Part shown: positions 9,697 through 18,149 of the stretch, one piece after another | Numbering within the stretch: the first letter of the stretch is position 1 | How the letters are laid out: each line of letters starts with the position of its first letter | NCBI GenBank assembly: GCA_004284765.1 | Contig: NQJD01000011.1 | Coordinates: 28,455 to 60,454 of the forward strand | Reading direction: 5' to 3' | DNA length: 32,000 nucleotides | DNA from: Candidatus Electronema aureum | Lineage (GTDB): Bacteria > Desulfobacterota > Desulfobulbia > Desulfobulbales > Desulfobulbaceae | Position numbers and translations under genes: made by a program | The notes under the pieces: generated by a model | What the model saw: the letters and a program-made list of their open reading frames with translations, nothing else | What the model was told of the DNA's origin: nothing | Databases searched by the model: none

Positions 9697-11064
9697 TCAG
9701 ATTTTCTCAATCTCATATGGAAGTTGCTGCTGCACCTTGCGCAGCAAATCAACAAACGCCTCAGAATATTTATGAACAGCACTTTTTTCTGAGGCACCTG
9801 ATTTTACTTTTATGTGGTATTTATTATCACTTTCATTGATATCAATTCCTTTTTCTTTTTTAATTTGACGAACTAGTTCTTTAGCATGATGCCAAATTTC
9901 ATATCCAAGCTTCTTCGCAACAACAGTAAGTGTATACGGATAAGTGGCATTGAACATATCTGGATTATTCAATCCAGTGATTCCAAGCAATTTCGGAAGA
10001 ATGCTATCACTTGCAACGACCTGTTCAAGTGTTGCAAAGTCAACCTGTATTTCCATTTTCGGAATATCATGCCGAACTAATTCGTAGGTACGAGCCATTA
10101 GTGCTCGTAGAGTTTTAGGATTAACATTATCTAAACTTGAATTAGCCTCGAATGCCTTATATACCCACAAAAAATCTTTTGCGTACAATGCATTAACGCG
10201 CATAGAACTACCGTTACCAAGATTTAGAAGCAAATCATCAGAAGGTTTTGAGGAATGAGATAGTTTGTCATCGTATATTAAATAAAAAATATTTGATACA
10301 AGACTTCCTGGGCAGGCTAATATTTCATCAATGTCCTTCAATATGGCTAAAACGTTTGGGTCTTGTGCGCCGTATCCAATAATCAGGACTGGATGTTCTA
10401 AAAAATAAGTCAGCAATTTTGCGGAAAGATACTTCTTCTTGTTCGTCCAATTTTCGTAATCACTTTTCGTCAGCACAATTTCTTTATAGTCACTCACGCA
10501 CCCATGTATTTTAAAAATTTCTCCGACTGATATCCCCGGAGCGCGAATTATCTTCTGACCGACAATTCTTGTATATTTAGGATAAATTGTTTCGCAAAGC
10601 GTATCGTAATTTGTAGTAATAATTGAATGCGGATGAATCCGTTGAAGTTGCTCAATTTCTTTCTTTAGTTCTTGCTTAGTGATTGCAGAAAGATCAGGTG
10701 GTGTAATGTCACCTATATACTTTGCAGTAAAAAATTTAATAAATTCATCTGGATGAACACTTGGGGAGAAAAGGGCTGAATCGAAGTGTTCTTTTCCCTC
10801 GCTCCATGCCCATGCGTGAAAATCTGAAACTAATTGTTCTCCAACATCCAAAAGATTTGAATGCTTTTGATAAAGAAAAGCAATACTATCTTTAATTCTT
10901 GGGTTAAACTTTACAATTGCTTCGAGTAACTCAATCCATGAAGGCCCATTAATATATCGTCTTGAGAGTCCTGCTCCAGCAAAAATAATTGGCTGACATC
11001 CAAGTTCAGCCAAACAATTCGTAATTGCCTCGGTACGCTGTTTTATGTAATCTGAATATGGCAT
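9697..11064 (-). CDS. SIR2-like (SIR2_2 / defence-associated sirtuin type) protein with an unassigned C-terminal domain
   Basis: 455 aa. Motifs are IIFAGAGLSR (Rossmann), ITTNYD (catalytic Asn/Asp), KIHGC about 37 aa later (catalytic His) and LIIGYGAQDPN. These appear in the same order as in ThsA/DSR-type SIR2 domains. The gene is visibly much more AT-rich than its flanks. Confidence 0.8.
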   Translation of the reverse strand: MPYSDYIKQRTEAITNCLAELGCQPIIFAGAGLSRRYINGPSWIELLEAIVKFNPRIKDSIAFLYQKHSNLLDVGEQLVSDFHAWAWSEGKEHFDSALFSPSVHPDEFIKFFTAKYIGDITPPDLSAITKQELKKEIEQLQRIHPHSIITTNYDTLCETIYPKYTRIVGQKIIRAPGISVGEIFKIHGCVSDYKEIVLTKSDYENWTNKKKYLSAKLLTYFLEHPVLIIGYGAQDPNVLAILKDIDEILACPGSLVSNIFYLIYDDKLSHSSKPSDDLLLNLGNGSSMRVNALYAKDFLWVYKAFEANSSLDNVNPKTLRALMARTYELVRHDIPKMEIQVDFATLEQVVASDSILPKLLGITGLNNPDMFNATYPYTLTVVAKKLGYEIWHHAKELVRQIKKEKGIDINESDNKYHIKVKSGASEKSAVHKYSEAFVDLLRKVQQQLPYEIEKI

Positions 11065-11122
11065 TTTTTTTGAAGGGTAGAATAAGACCGTTAACCGCTG
11101 CTCAACAATTTATCGTAAATCT

Positions 11123-11138
11123 TCTGGCTATAGCCAGA
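11123..11138. promoter_or_regulatory. Perfect 16-bp palindrome upstream of the SIR2-like gene
   Basis: TCTGGCTATAGCCAGA is its own reverse complement and lies about 60-75 nt upstream of the SIR2-like start codon. An operator role is only inferred. Confidence 0.3.
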
Positions 11139-11163
11139 GCAACATAATTTGAACCGTCGTATC

Positions 11164-11236
11164 TGTCATTTCGAGCGGAGCGAGAAATCTCACGCCAAGG
11201 ACGAAGAGGAGATTCCTCGCTCCGCTCGGAATGACA
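11164..11236. repeat. Long imperfect inverted repeat (REP/MITE-like hairpin)
   Basis: Arms are TGTCATTTCGAGCGGAGCGAGAAATCTC (11164-11191) and GAGATTCCTCGCTCCGCTCGGAATGACA (11209-11236). They give 28 bp of pairing with 2 positions that would be G-U pairs in RNA, and a 17-nt loop. Confidence 0.65.
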
Positions 11237-11374
11237 TTCAAGTTCACTTTATACTGCTTCAGCTATATCAACAGGCGAACTGCATCTTTTTCAGGGTACT
11301 GCATAGGTAAAATATGTCAATAGGGAAATAATTTTATGGATAATTTCATACGGATGATATCTGTACCAAAGAAC

Positions 11375-11418
11375 AAAAGCCGCTGAACTGTCAACACGAG
11401 CAGTTCAGCGGCTTTTTT
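11375..11418. terminator. Bidirectional rho-independent terminator-like hairpin
   Basis: AAAAGCCGCTGAACTG-tcaacacgag-CAGTTCAGCGGCTTTTTT has a 16-bp perfect stem with A-run and T-run flanks. It sits 23 nt downstream of the psrC-like stop on the minus strand. Confidence 0.75.
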
Positions 11419-11440
11419 GCAGCCTTTAATGCGGGAAGTT

Positions 11441-12412
11441 TTACATATACCCGCCGTAGCCGGAGAGCTGGCCCGCATAGACTATCGCGAAGCGGATCAC
11501 CGCACCGCCGATCAGCACCAGCACTGCGCTCGCGTTCATCAGGAGCAGACCAGAGGTGGTCAGCTCTTCGGTGTGCTCGCCTGTGACTTCAAGGAACTTC
11601 AGCACAATCGCCAAGGGTAAGCATACGCCCAGCGCGACGATACTGAGGAAATACGGGAAGAACTCATGCGACCCGCTGAAGAAGGGCATGATCGCCTGTC
11701 GGTGAGCAGCATCGCCGGTGTAATGCCCGTAAAAGAACAGCAGCAGCACGACTACCTCAGTGATGATCAGCCAAATATCGACCTTGGTGAAGAACAGCTT
11801 GACCTCTTTGCTTTGCGCGACAATGATCATCACGGCTGCGCCCGCACTCATACCGCTGGTCAAGAACAGTACCGGCAGAATAGCCGAGTTCCACAGAGGC
11901 CGTGCCACAAGGGTACTGAGCAGAACACCCGTATAGATCGCTAATATAATGCCTGCGATCACATTTGCTTTGGCCAAGGGCAGCAGATAGGGCTGCAAGG
12001 TATCTGCCGCGTTCCTAATCGCTGGAGTCGTGATCTTCCCCTTTACGTCTTTGGGCAACGAGGCCAGCGCGTACAGTATCATCAGCGGATAGATGATCAA
12101 GACGATCCACGCACCCCAGCTCATGGGCGAGACCGGCTTAAAGGTCAGGTAGAACCAGAAGGCGTTGAGCTTCCGCTCCAGATCGAGATTGAGGAAGAAC
12201 AGGCCGATGGTCAGCAAGATTGGAGCCAAGACCGGAATCTGCCACGAACAGGTGCTCTCTGGCGTTCTGTTAGGACGGAGGTAATTGATCGCGCTCATGG
12301 TCATGAGGCCACCGGATAATCCGCCGAGAAAAAGATAAATAGCCACCCGCCAGTCCCAGACGTGCATCGCTGGGTAGGTGATGGCGTTCGTGCCGACAAT
12401 GTTCAATTCCAT
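11441..12412 (-). CDS. NrfD/PsrC-type integral membrane quinol-interacting subunit
   Basis: 323 aa, about 8 hydrophobic helices, the last gene of a three-gene molybdopterin oxidoreductase operon. Size and position match PsrC/PhsC/NrfD. Confidence 0.85.
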   Translation of the reverse strand: MELNIVGTNAITYPAMHVWDWRVAIYLFLGGLSGGLMTMSAINYLRPNRTPESTCSWQIPVLAPILLTIGLFFLNLDLERKLNAFWFYLTFKPVSPMSWGAWIVLIIYPLMILYALASLPKDVKGKITTPAIRNAADTLQPYLLPLAKANVIAGIILAIYTGVLLSTLVARPLWNSAILPVLFLTSGMSAGAAVMIIVAQSKEVKLFFTKVDIWLIITEVVVLLLFFYGHYTGDAAHRQAIMPFFSGSHEFFPYFLSIVALGVCLPLAIVLKFLEVTGEHTEELTTSGLLLMNASAVLVLIGGAVIRFAIVYAGQLSGYGGYM

Positions 12413-12424
12413 AGTGCGTCCTCC

Positions 12425-12982
12425 TCAGCTCTTCCGAGGAAACTGGTTGATGTAATAGACATTCGGCTTGGTGCCGACTTCGGGCTTGAGTGTCCGCCAG
12501 CTCGTTTCGCGCAAAATCTGGCTGACCTCGCTGTTCGGATCGTCGAGATCACCGAACATTCTTGATCTACCGATGCAGGTGGCGACACAGGCAGGTTCTT
12601 TACCTTCTTTGAGTCGGTGTTGGCAGAAAGAGCATTTATCGGCATAACCATGCTCCTCGTTGATGTAGCGAACATCATAAGGGCAGGCGGTGATACAGGC
12701 TTTGCAGCCTACGCATTTGCGGCGATTGATCTGAACGGTTCCGTCTGCTTGCTTGTGTGAAGCTCCGGTGGGGCAGATGTTGACGCAAGGCGGGTTGTCG
12801 CAATGATTACACAGTTCGGAACGCATCTCGCTCCGCAGCCGAGGAAACTCGCCCCGCACCATCTCCACCACGCGGGTGCGGTAGTGTTCTGCCGGAACAT
12901 CGTTCTCACGTTTACAGGCGACTACGCAGGCCATACAGGCAACGCAGCGTGACTGGTCAATGACCATGACATATCTGGGCAT
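12425..12982 (-). CDS. 4Fe-4S ferredoxin-type electron-transfer subunit (PsrB/PhsB/DmsB-like)
   Basis: 185 aa with four Cys clusters: CVACMACVVAC, CNHCDNPPCVNICP, CVGCKACITACP and CSFC...CVATC. Confidence 0.9.
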   Translation of the reverse strand: MPRYVMVIDQSRCVACMACVVACKRENDVPAEHYRTRVVEMVRGEFPRLRSEMRSELCNHCDNPPCVNICPTGASHKQADGTVQINRRKCVGCKACITACPYDVRYINEEHGYADKCSFCQHRLKEGKEPACVATCIGRSRMFGDLDDPNSEVSQILRETSWRTLKPEVGTKPNVYYINQFPRKS

Positions 12983-12984
12983 TC

Positions 12985-15195
12985 TCAGGCCTCCTTGATG
13001 ATCTTGACAAAGTTGACTCGCATCCCGGTTCCTCCGGTGATTGGGTCCACCTTATATCTGGTTATGAGCTGCTGATCGTCAGCACCGCTTTTATGTGCGC
13101 GGCTCAAGCGAGGCGCATTATGACCGAAGCCATGCACCATATACACACAGTCGCGACGGATACGCTCAGTCACTTTCACTTGAATAGGATCGCTAACGAC
13201 CTTGTCCTGATTCTCTAAGCGCACGTACTGCCGGTCTTTCACGCCGAGTGATTCAGCCTCTTTTTTGTTCAACCAGACCTGATTTTCCTTATGCAGCTCC
13301 CAGAGCCATTGATCGTTGATCGTTCGGCTAAAGGTATGCACCGGGCTGCGGCCATAGAGGAGACGGTACATCCCCTTTTCTGGCTCATCAGTTGGCTCGT
13401 ATTTGGGGACTGGATCAAAGTTGTGCTCCTCAAGTTTCTGGCTGAACAGCTCAATCTTCTCTGAATCGGTTTTGAACTCTGGCTGATTGTCAGCAGTGAT
13501 GTAGGGGAAAGCACTGTCAGGAAGACTGACATAGCCGGTATCAGCCAGCTTGTCGTAGTCAATACCCCACGCTGTGGCCTGACGGCGCATCCGCGCCTCC
13601 CAGCTGTCCTTAACCGCAAAATCAGCCAAACCCATCTTTTTACACAGCTCGCTGGCAATCCACCACGCGGGCTTGGTATCGTACATTGGCTCTACCGCAG
13701 GCTGTCGAAGACCCACGCCTGCTTCACGAACTTCTACCTTGAACAAACCATCATGTCGTTCTAAATAAGTACATTCCGGCAAGATGACATCAGCCATCAT
13801 CGCTGTCTCTGAAGGCAGAATGTCAACCGCGATCATCAGATCAAGATTGGCAATGGCCTTGAGTGTCTGCCTCTGGTCAGGCAGAGCCTTCATCGCATCG
13901 GTGCCGCAGATGAACCACGCTTTGATCGGATAAGGCTGACCAGTAATGGTTGTATCCCGCACCACTTGGGTTAAGCCTTCGCCACCGGCAAAGGGGTAAT
14001 CGCCCTTGATCACCGGGTCCTTAGCAGGATCGGAATATTTGGGATAGCCGTCGTTAAAGCTGGCGAACTTTCCTTTCGCAGGCAGCCACATACCGCCGGG
14101 ACGGCCCCACGTACCAAGAATGGCGTTAAGAATAGCTGTTGCCCGTGAACGCTGGGCATCATTGCCGTACCAAGCCACATGACGACCGGGATGAATCACC
14201 ACGTTGGGTGCGTAACGACCCAAATCCCGCGCTGCCGCAACAATGTCGGCTTCTGGCAGATCAGTCTCTTTGGCGCACCATTCTGGAGTGTACTGCTGAA
14301 CCGATTCTTTCAGCTGCTCAAAGCCAACAGTGTATTGTTCGACGTATGCTTTGTCGTACAGCTCTTCGCTGATGATAATGTTCATCCACGTCAGCAGTAG
14401 GGCGGTGTCGGTACCGGGCTTGATTGGTAGCCAGAGCGAGGCTTTTGAGGCAGCGGTGGAATAGCGAGGATCAACGCAGATGATCTTGGCTCCGTGTCCC
14501 ACGGCCTCAGCAAATTCTTGGGTCTGCGAGTTGTGCATGTTCTCGCCCAAGTGGGTGCCGAGTAGGACAATAACCTTGCTGTTCTTCAGATCAACCCGCT
14601 CGCAGCTGGAACCGGGCTTGTGGCCAAAGGTCAGCTCCCAAGCGGCATCACGGATGCCCTTGCACTGGGCAAAGGAAGAAAAGGCAATGTTGCCGCTGCC
14701 CAATGCCTTGAGCAGGTTGGTGAAATAGTCGCCCGGCGAGCCGTGTGACAGCATCGCAATCGACTCTGGGCCGTATTTTTCAATCACCGCCTTGAGCTTA
14801 TCTGCGGTGTAATTAAAGGCTTCTTCCCAGCTGACTTCCTTGTATTGGCCGTCGCCGCGCTCGCCCGTGCGAATCATCGGTCGTTTGAGGCGGTTTTCAT
14901 CGTAGAGCTGACCAATACCAGCCTGACCACGGGCGCAGAGTTTGCCCATACTCTGCGGGTGGAGCGGATTACCTTCCAGCTTCACCACCACATCTTCGCC
15001 TTGCTTGTTTTTCTCCACCTTGGCGATTGCGCCGCATTTCCAGAAGCACATCTCGCAGCTGGTCGGCACGTACCGGACATTGCCGCCTTCCGCTTCAGCT
15101 CTGGCGCGAGCCGAGAGAAACGGCGTGTCGGCAATCAGCGTGCCTCCAGCGGACATGGCGGCGTATTTGAGAAAATTTCTCCTCGAAAAAGCCAT
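12985..15195 (-). CDS. Molybdopterin oxidoreductase catalytic subunit with Tat signal (polysulfide/thiosulfate/tetrathionate reductase-like)
   Basis: 736 aa. It has a twin-arginine leader (MAFSRRNFLKYAAMSAGG...ARA) and an N-terminal FeS motif CEMCFWKCG. Length and operon order A-B-C match the Psr/Phs family. Substrate cannot be read from the sequence. Confidence 0.88.
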   Translation of the reverse strand: MAFSRRNFLKYAAMSAGGTLIADTPFLSARARAEAEGGNVRYVPTSCEMCFWKCGAIAKVEKNKQGEDVVVKLEGNPLHPQSMGKLCARGQAGIGQLYDENRLKRPMIRTGERGDGQYKEVSWEEAFNYTADKLKAVIEKYGPESIAMLSHGSPGDYFTNLLKALGSGNIAFSSFAQCKGIRDAAWELTFGHKPGSSCERVDLKNSKVIVLLGTHLGENMHNSQTQEFAEAVGHGAKIICVDPRYSTAASKASLWLPIKPGTDTALLLTWMNIIISEELYDKAYVEQYTVGFEQLKESVQQYTPEWCAKETDLPEADIVAAARDLGRYAPNVVIHPGRHVAWYGNDAQRSRATAILNAILGTWGRPGGMWLPAKGKFASFNDGYPKYSDPAKDPVIKGDYPFAGGEGLTQVVRDTTITGQPYPIKAWFICGTDAMKALPDQRQTLKAIANLDLMIAVDILPSETAMMADVILPECTYLERHDGLFKVEVREAGVGLRQPAVEPMYDTKPAWWIASELCKKMGLADFAVKDSWEARMRRQATAWGIDYDKLADTGYVSLPDSAFPYITADNQPEFKTDSEKIELFSQKLEEHNFDPVPKYEPTDEPEKGMYRLLYGRSPVHTFSRTINDQWLWELHKENQVWLNKKEAESLGVKDRQYVRLENQDKVVSDPIQVKVTERIRRDCVYMVHGFGHNAPRLSRAHKSGADDQQLITRYKVDPITGGTGMRVNFVKIIKEA

Positions 15196-15406
15196 GATAC
15201 TCTCCTTACTTGAAAAAGGTTCCAGAACCGGCCAACTGCGCCGGTCAAAAGCACTATTCGGGAATCGTTCAGATATGATGCAGGTTGGACAATGCTTCTA
15301 CACCAAATTGTGGCACCTGTCAACCAGCACAATCACGTGTTTACCTGAACATATTGTTTTCGTTTCGCTTTTATTTTTTCTGCCACAGCGTGCCAGAGAT
15401 GCCGCT

Positions 15407-16684
15407 CTAAAAAAAGCAGAGCAGCACGCGATAAAGATGCCAGCAGTCTATGCAGGCGGCGGTTTCGCGGATCGAGTGCATGGCCAAAGACGGAATGCCA
15501 ATATCAACAGTGTCAATACCGATTCCGGCAGCGGTTAGCGGGCCGATAGTGGAGCCGCAAGCTAAGTCGCTGCGAGAAACAAAGTCCTGCACCGGCACCT
15601 CAGCTTGAGCGCAAAGTTGCCGAAAGCGGGCGGCAGAGGCGGCATTGGTCGCATACCGCTGATTGGCGTTGAATTTCAGCACTGGCCCCTTGCCTAAGTG
15701 CGGCAGATGCTGTGGATCATGCTTGGCCGCGTAATTAGGGTGAACAGCATGGGCGTTGTCTGCGGAAATAAAGAAAGAACTGCGCAGGGCGGTCTGGCGG
15801 TTTTCTGTATCCGGCAGCAGCCGTTCTAAGATGTCCCGCAGAAACGGCCCTTGCGCTCCAACAGCGGACGTGCTGCCCACTTCTTCATGATCATTAAGAA
15901 TAATGAGGCAATTTTCGTCGGTATCCGCCGTTAATAAGGCTTGGACAGCGGCGAAGCAGGAAACCAAATTGTCTAACCGCGCACTGACGATGAATTCTTT
16001 GGATAGACCGGTTAGCGATGGTGGCATGGCATCGTAGAAAAATAGCTCGTGGTCAATGAACCCAGCAGGTTGGGCTTCTGGCTGCTGATGACGCAGCTGC
16101 TCGCGCAGTATTTGCTGAAAATCATTAGACCCATTTTCAATCAGACCGATCAGCGGCACCATATCGGTTTGATTGTTGATTTCTTGCTGCTTGTTGGCCT
16201 CTCGATGGAGATGGATGGCCAAGCTGGGAATAATGCCCACAGGTCGCTGGAAATCCAGCAGGGTAGAGCAAAGCCTACCGTCCGCTTCCTGCCAAGCAAT
16301 CCGCCCAGCTAAGGATAGCTCGCGATCAAACCAAGGCCGGAGCAACGCGCCGCCGTAAATCTCTACCCCCAGCTGGAGGCAGTTCTGCTCCTTGCGCAGC
16401 GGGTTTGGTTTAACTTTGAGCACTGGGCTGTCCGTATGTGCGCCGATCATTTTGAAGCCGCTGCTTGGCTGCCCGCTGTGCCAAGTAAAACCAAGCAGAC
16501 TGGAGTCATTGCGGAGAACAAAATATTTTCCCACAGGTAAGCGATTCCAACTTTCCTGCTCATCAAGCTGGACAAAACCCTTGTCTCGCAGCAACGCGGC
16601 AGCAGTGCTGGCGGCATGAAAAGCGGTGGGCGACGAACGGAGGAAGTCGAGGAGCAGGGTAGTGTAATCGTTCTGCGACAGCAT
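15407..16684 (-). CDS. apeB: M18 family aminopeptidase (aspartyl aminopeptidase-like)
   Basis: 425 aa. Motifs FLRSSPTAFHA, IGAHTDSP, NDHEEVGS and SLAMHS are characteristic of M18 aminopeptidase 2. Confidence 0.88.
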   Translation of the reverse strand: MLSQNDYTTLLLDFLRSSPTAFHAASTAAALLRDKGFVQLDEQESWNRLPVGKYFVLRNDSSLLGFTWHSGQPSSGFKMIGAHTDSPVLKVKPNPLRKEQNCLQLGVEIYGGALLRPWFDRELSLAGRIAWQEADGRLCSTLLDFQRPVGIIPSLAIHLHREANKQQEINNQTDMVPLIGLIENGSNDFQQILREQLRHQQPEAQPAGFIDHELFFYDAMPPSLTGLSKEFIVSARLDNLVSCFAAVQALLTADTDENCLIILNDHEEVGSTSAVGAQGPFLRDILERLLPDTENRQTALRSSFFISADNAHAVHPNYAAKHDPQHLPHLGKGPVLKFNANQRYATNAASAARFRQLCAQAEVPVQDFVSRSDLACGSTIGPLTAAGIGIDTVDIGIPSLAMHSIRETAACIDCWHLYRVLLCFF

Positions 16685-16802
16685 GTTGGTTTCCGGGGGA
16701 GAAGATTTTAAGCCTAAGTTTGATGCAGGACTTTAGCATAAAGGCGCGGCTCAGGGCAAGGGGACAGTACTTCATCGCCAAATTGAGCAAAAATAAGCGA
16801 AC

Positions 16803-17498
16803 CTATTCACACCACATCATCAGCTCGCTTAAAGCGGTGGAGGCCGTCAGATACGGCTCTTTGTGGAGTAAGGCACGGTGCTGCGTCTCCTCCAACAGCT
16901 TGCGCAATGACCAAGTTTCAGGGTTCTCTTCCGGCGCAGGAGCGAGATCAGCAACATGGCCCCAAATATGCTGAAGCGCATTTTTCACCCCACCAGCAGA
17001 AGGCGGCACTCGCAGTAACTCAGTCAGTTGCTGGGCTATTCGGACGAAATCTGCCCTGCCCCCAGCAATCGCCCGGCCTATATCTTTGTAGAGCTGCACA
17101 TCACGGGCCAGCACCGAGTACTTGTGCTGACTCCAAAGCTGTTGGGCATTTCGCGGCAGAGGTATTCGCCCAGATTCGCGTTCGGCATATTTGACTTTGA
17201 GCAGTACGAACTGTTGCTCAGGCTGATCTATATAAACTGTTGGCCAAATCGTTCCGCTGCCGAGTTGAATCAGCACCGGCGACTGCTCTCTGTAGCCCCG
17301 CAGAGCCATTTCGCAGGCTAACTGTCGGTGCCGTTGCGCCAGAGCTTGGTCGCAACCAACCCAACGGAGGGTTTCTGGGTGGCGTGAATAGCCTTTTTTG
17401 CCATTGACAAGAATCGAAGCAATTCCGTGCAGCTCACGATGTTCACCCAGCAGGCTCTGTCGGTTGAGATAGCCTGGACTGATGTCCCAGATTCGCAT
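16803..17498 (-). CDS. Pyrimidine-dimer DNA glycosylase (T4 DenV/Pyr_excise-like) with a DUF1722-like C-terminal half
   Basis: The N-terminus MRIWDISPGYLNRQSLLGEHRELHGI...GYSRHPETLRW matches the Pyr_excise family pattern. The C-terminal NALQHIWGH region resembles YbgA/DUF1722. The ATG at 17498 is preferred over the track start at 17534. Confidence 0.62.
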   Translation of the reverse strand: MRIWDISPGYLNRQSLLGEHRELHGIASILVNGKKGYSRHPETLRWVGCDQALAQRHRQLACEMALRGYREQSPVLIQLGSGTIWPTVYIDQPEQQFVLLKVKYAERESGRIPLPRNAQQLWSQHKYSVLARDVQLYKDIGRAIAGGRADFVRIAQQLTELLRVPPSAGGVKNALQHIWGHVADLAPAPEENPETWSLRKLLEETQHRALLHKEPYLTASTALSELMMWCE

Positions 17499-17551
17499 AA
17501 TGTCAGTAAACTTCGTAACTCCTAAAAAAAGCACTATCCGTATTTTTCATC

Positions 17552-17580
17552 TTGACCCCACTGTCGCAGCGTTTTATATT
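17552..17580 (+). promoter_or_regulatory. Sigma-70-like promoter candidate for the comEA-like gene
   Basis: TTGACC (17552-17557), a 17-nt spacer, then TATATT (17575-17580), about 68 nt upstream of the ATG at 17648. Confidence 0.45.
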
Positions 17581-17647
17581 TTCCTTCCTTGTTAAGGATG
17601 CAGTTAAATTATTTTCAAACTGAAAACAATGAGGAATAATCACTATC

Positions 17648-18043
17648 ATGAAAAAAATATGTTTTGCAGTTCTCTTTGTTCTTTTTATGACGGTAACCGC
17701 TTATGCGGAAATCAATATTAACACTGCTTCTAAAGATGAACTGAACTCATTAGCCGGGATCGGGCCGATGAAAGCTGAAGCCATCGTGAAACATCGTCAA
17801 GAAAAAGGCCCGTTCAAAAGTATTGACGAGCTGAAGAACGTTTATGGTATTGGAGATAAACTTTTTGATCGAATCAAAAGTGACGTTACAGTCGGTAGTT
17901 TGGACGCAGTGGCAGAGGTAAAATCAACCGCTGAAGCTAATGCTACGACAGCGCAGGCTGAAGTGAAGGCACAGGAAAAAGCCGCACAAGCACCAGCTAC
18001 TGATAAGAAGGCAGAAAATTTACCTGTACAGCAGAAACAGTAA
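17648..18043 (+). CDS. comEA: ComEA-like secreted helix-hairpin-helix DNA-binding protein
   Basis: 131 aa. It has a signal peptide (MKKICFAVLFVLFMTVTAYA), NINTASKDEL, and two HhH motifs (LAGIGPMKAEAIV, VYGIGDKLFDRI). The C-terminal tail is low-complexity and Ala/Lys/Gln-rich. Confidence 0.85.
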   Translation: MKKICFAVLFVLFMTVTAYAEININTASKDELNSLAGIGPMKAEAIVKHRQEKGPFKSIDELKNVYGIGDKLFDRIKSDVTVGSLDAVAEVKSTAEANATTAQAEVKAQEKAAQAPATDKKAENLPVQQKQ

Positions 18044-18053
18044 ATTGCAAAGT

Positions 18054-18080
18054 AAGGGCAGAATTCACCTGCCCTTGCTT
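18054..18080 (+). terminator. Hairpin downstream of the comEA-like gene
   Basis: AAGGGCAG-aattcac-CTGCCCTT followed by GCTT. It is an 8-bp stem with a weak U-tract. Confidence 0.45.
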
Positions 18081-18149
18081 GAATATCATTCCGTACATAG
18101 CTCCTCTCTAAGCTAAGATCGGCAGTTCCTGCTGACCGACCATCTTTGT

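Noticed and set aside
15311-15329. TGGCACCTGTCAACCAGCA on the plus strand looked like a sigma-54 promoter-like motif.
   Set aside because: There is no TTGC at the -12 position, and it points into the antisense of the aminopeptidase gene.
15380-15396. The minus-strand sequence CTGGCACGCTGTGGCAG upstream of the psrA-like gene resembles a sigma-54 -24/-12 promoter. That was tempting because an NtrC-family activator is in the window.
   Set aside because: The GG-to-GC spacing is one nucleotide short of the strict TGGCAC-N5-TTGC geometry, and the -12 element reads GGCA rather than TTGC.
15196-15406. I checked the intergenic region between the psrA-like start and the aminopeptidase stop for a terminator or small RNA.
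   Set aside because: The only hairpin (CTGCCAC-AGC-GTGCCAG) has a central mismatch and lacks a correctly oriented U-tract. I could support no ORF or RNA motif.
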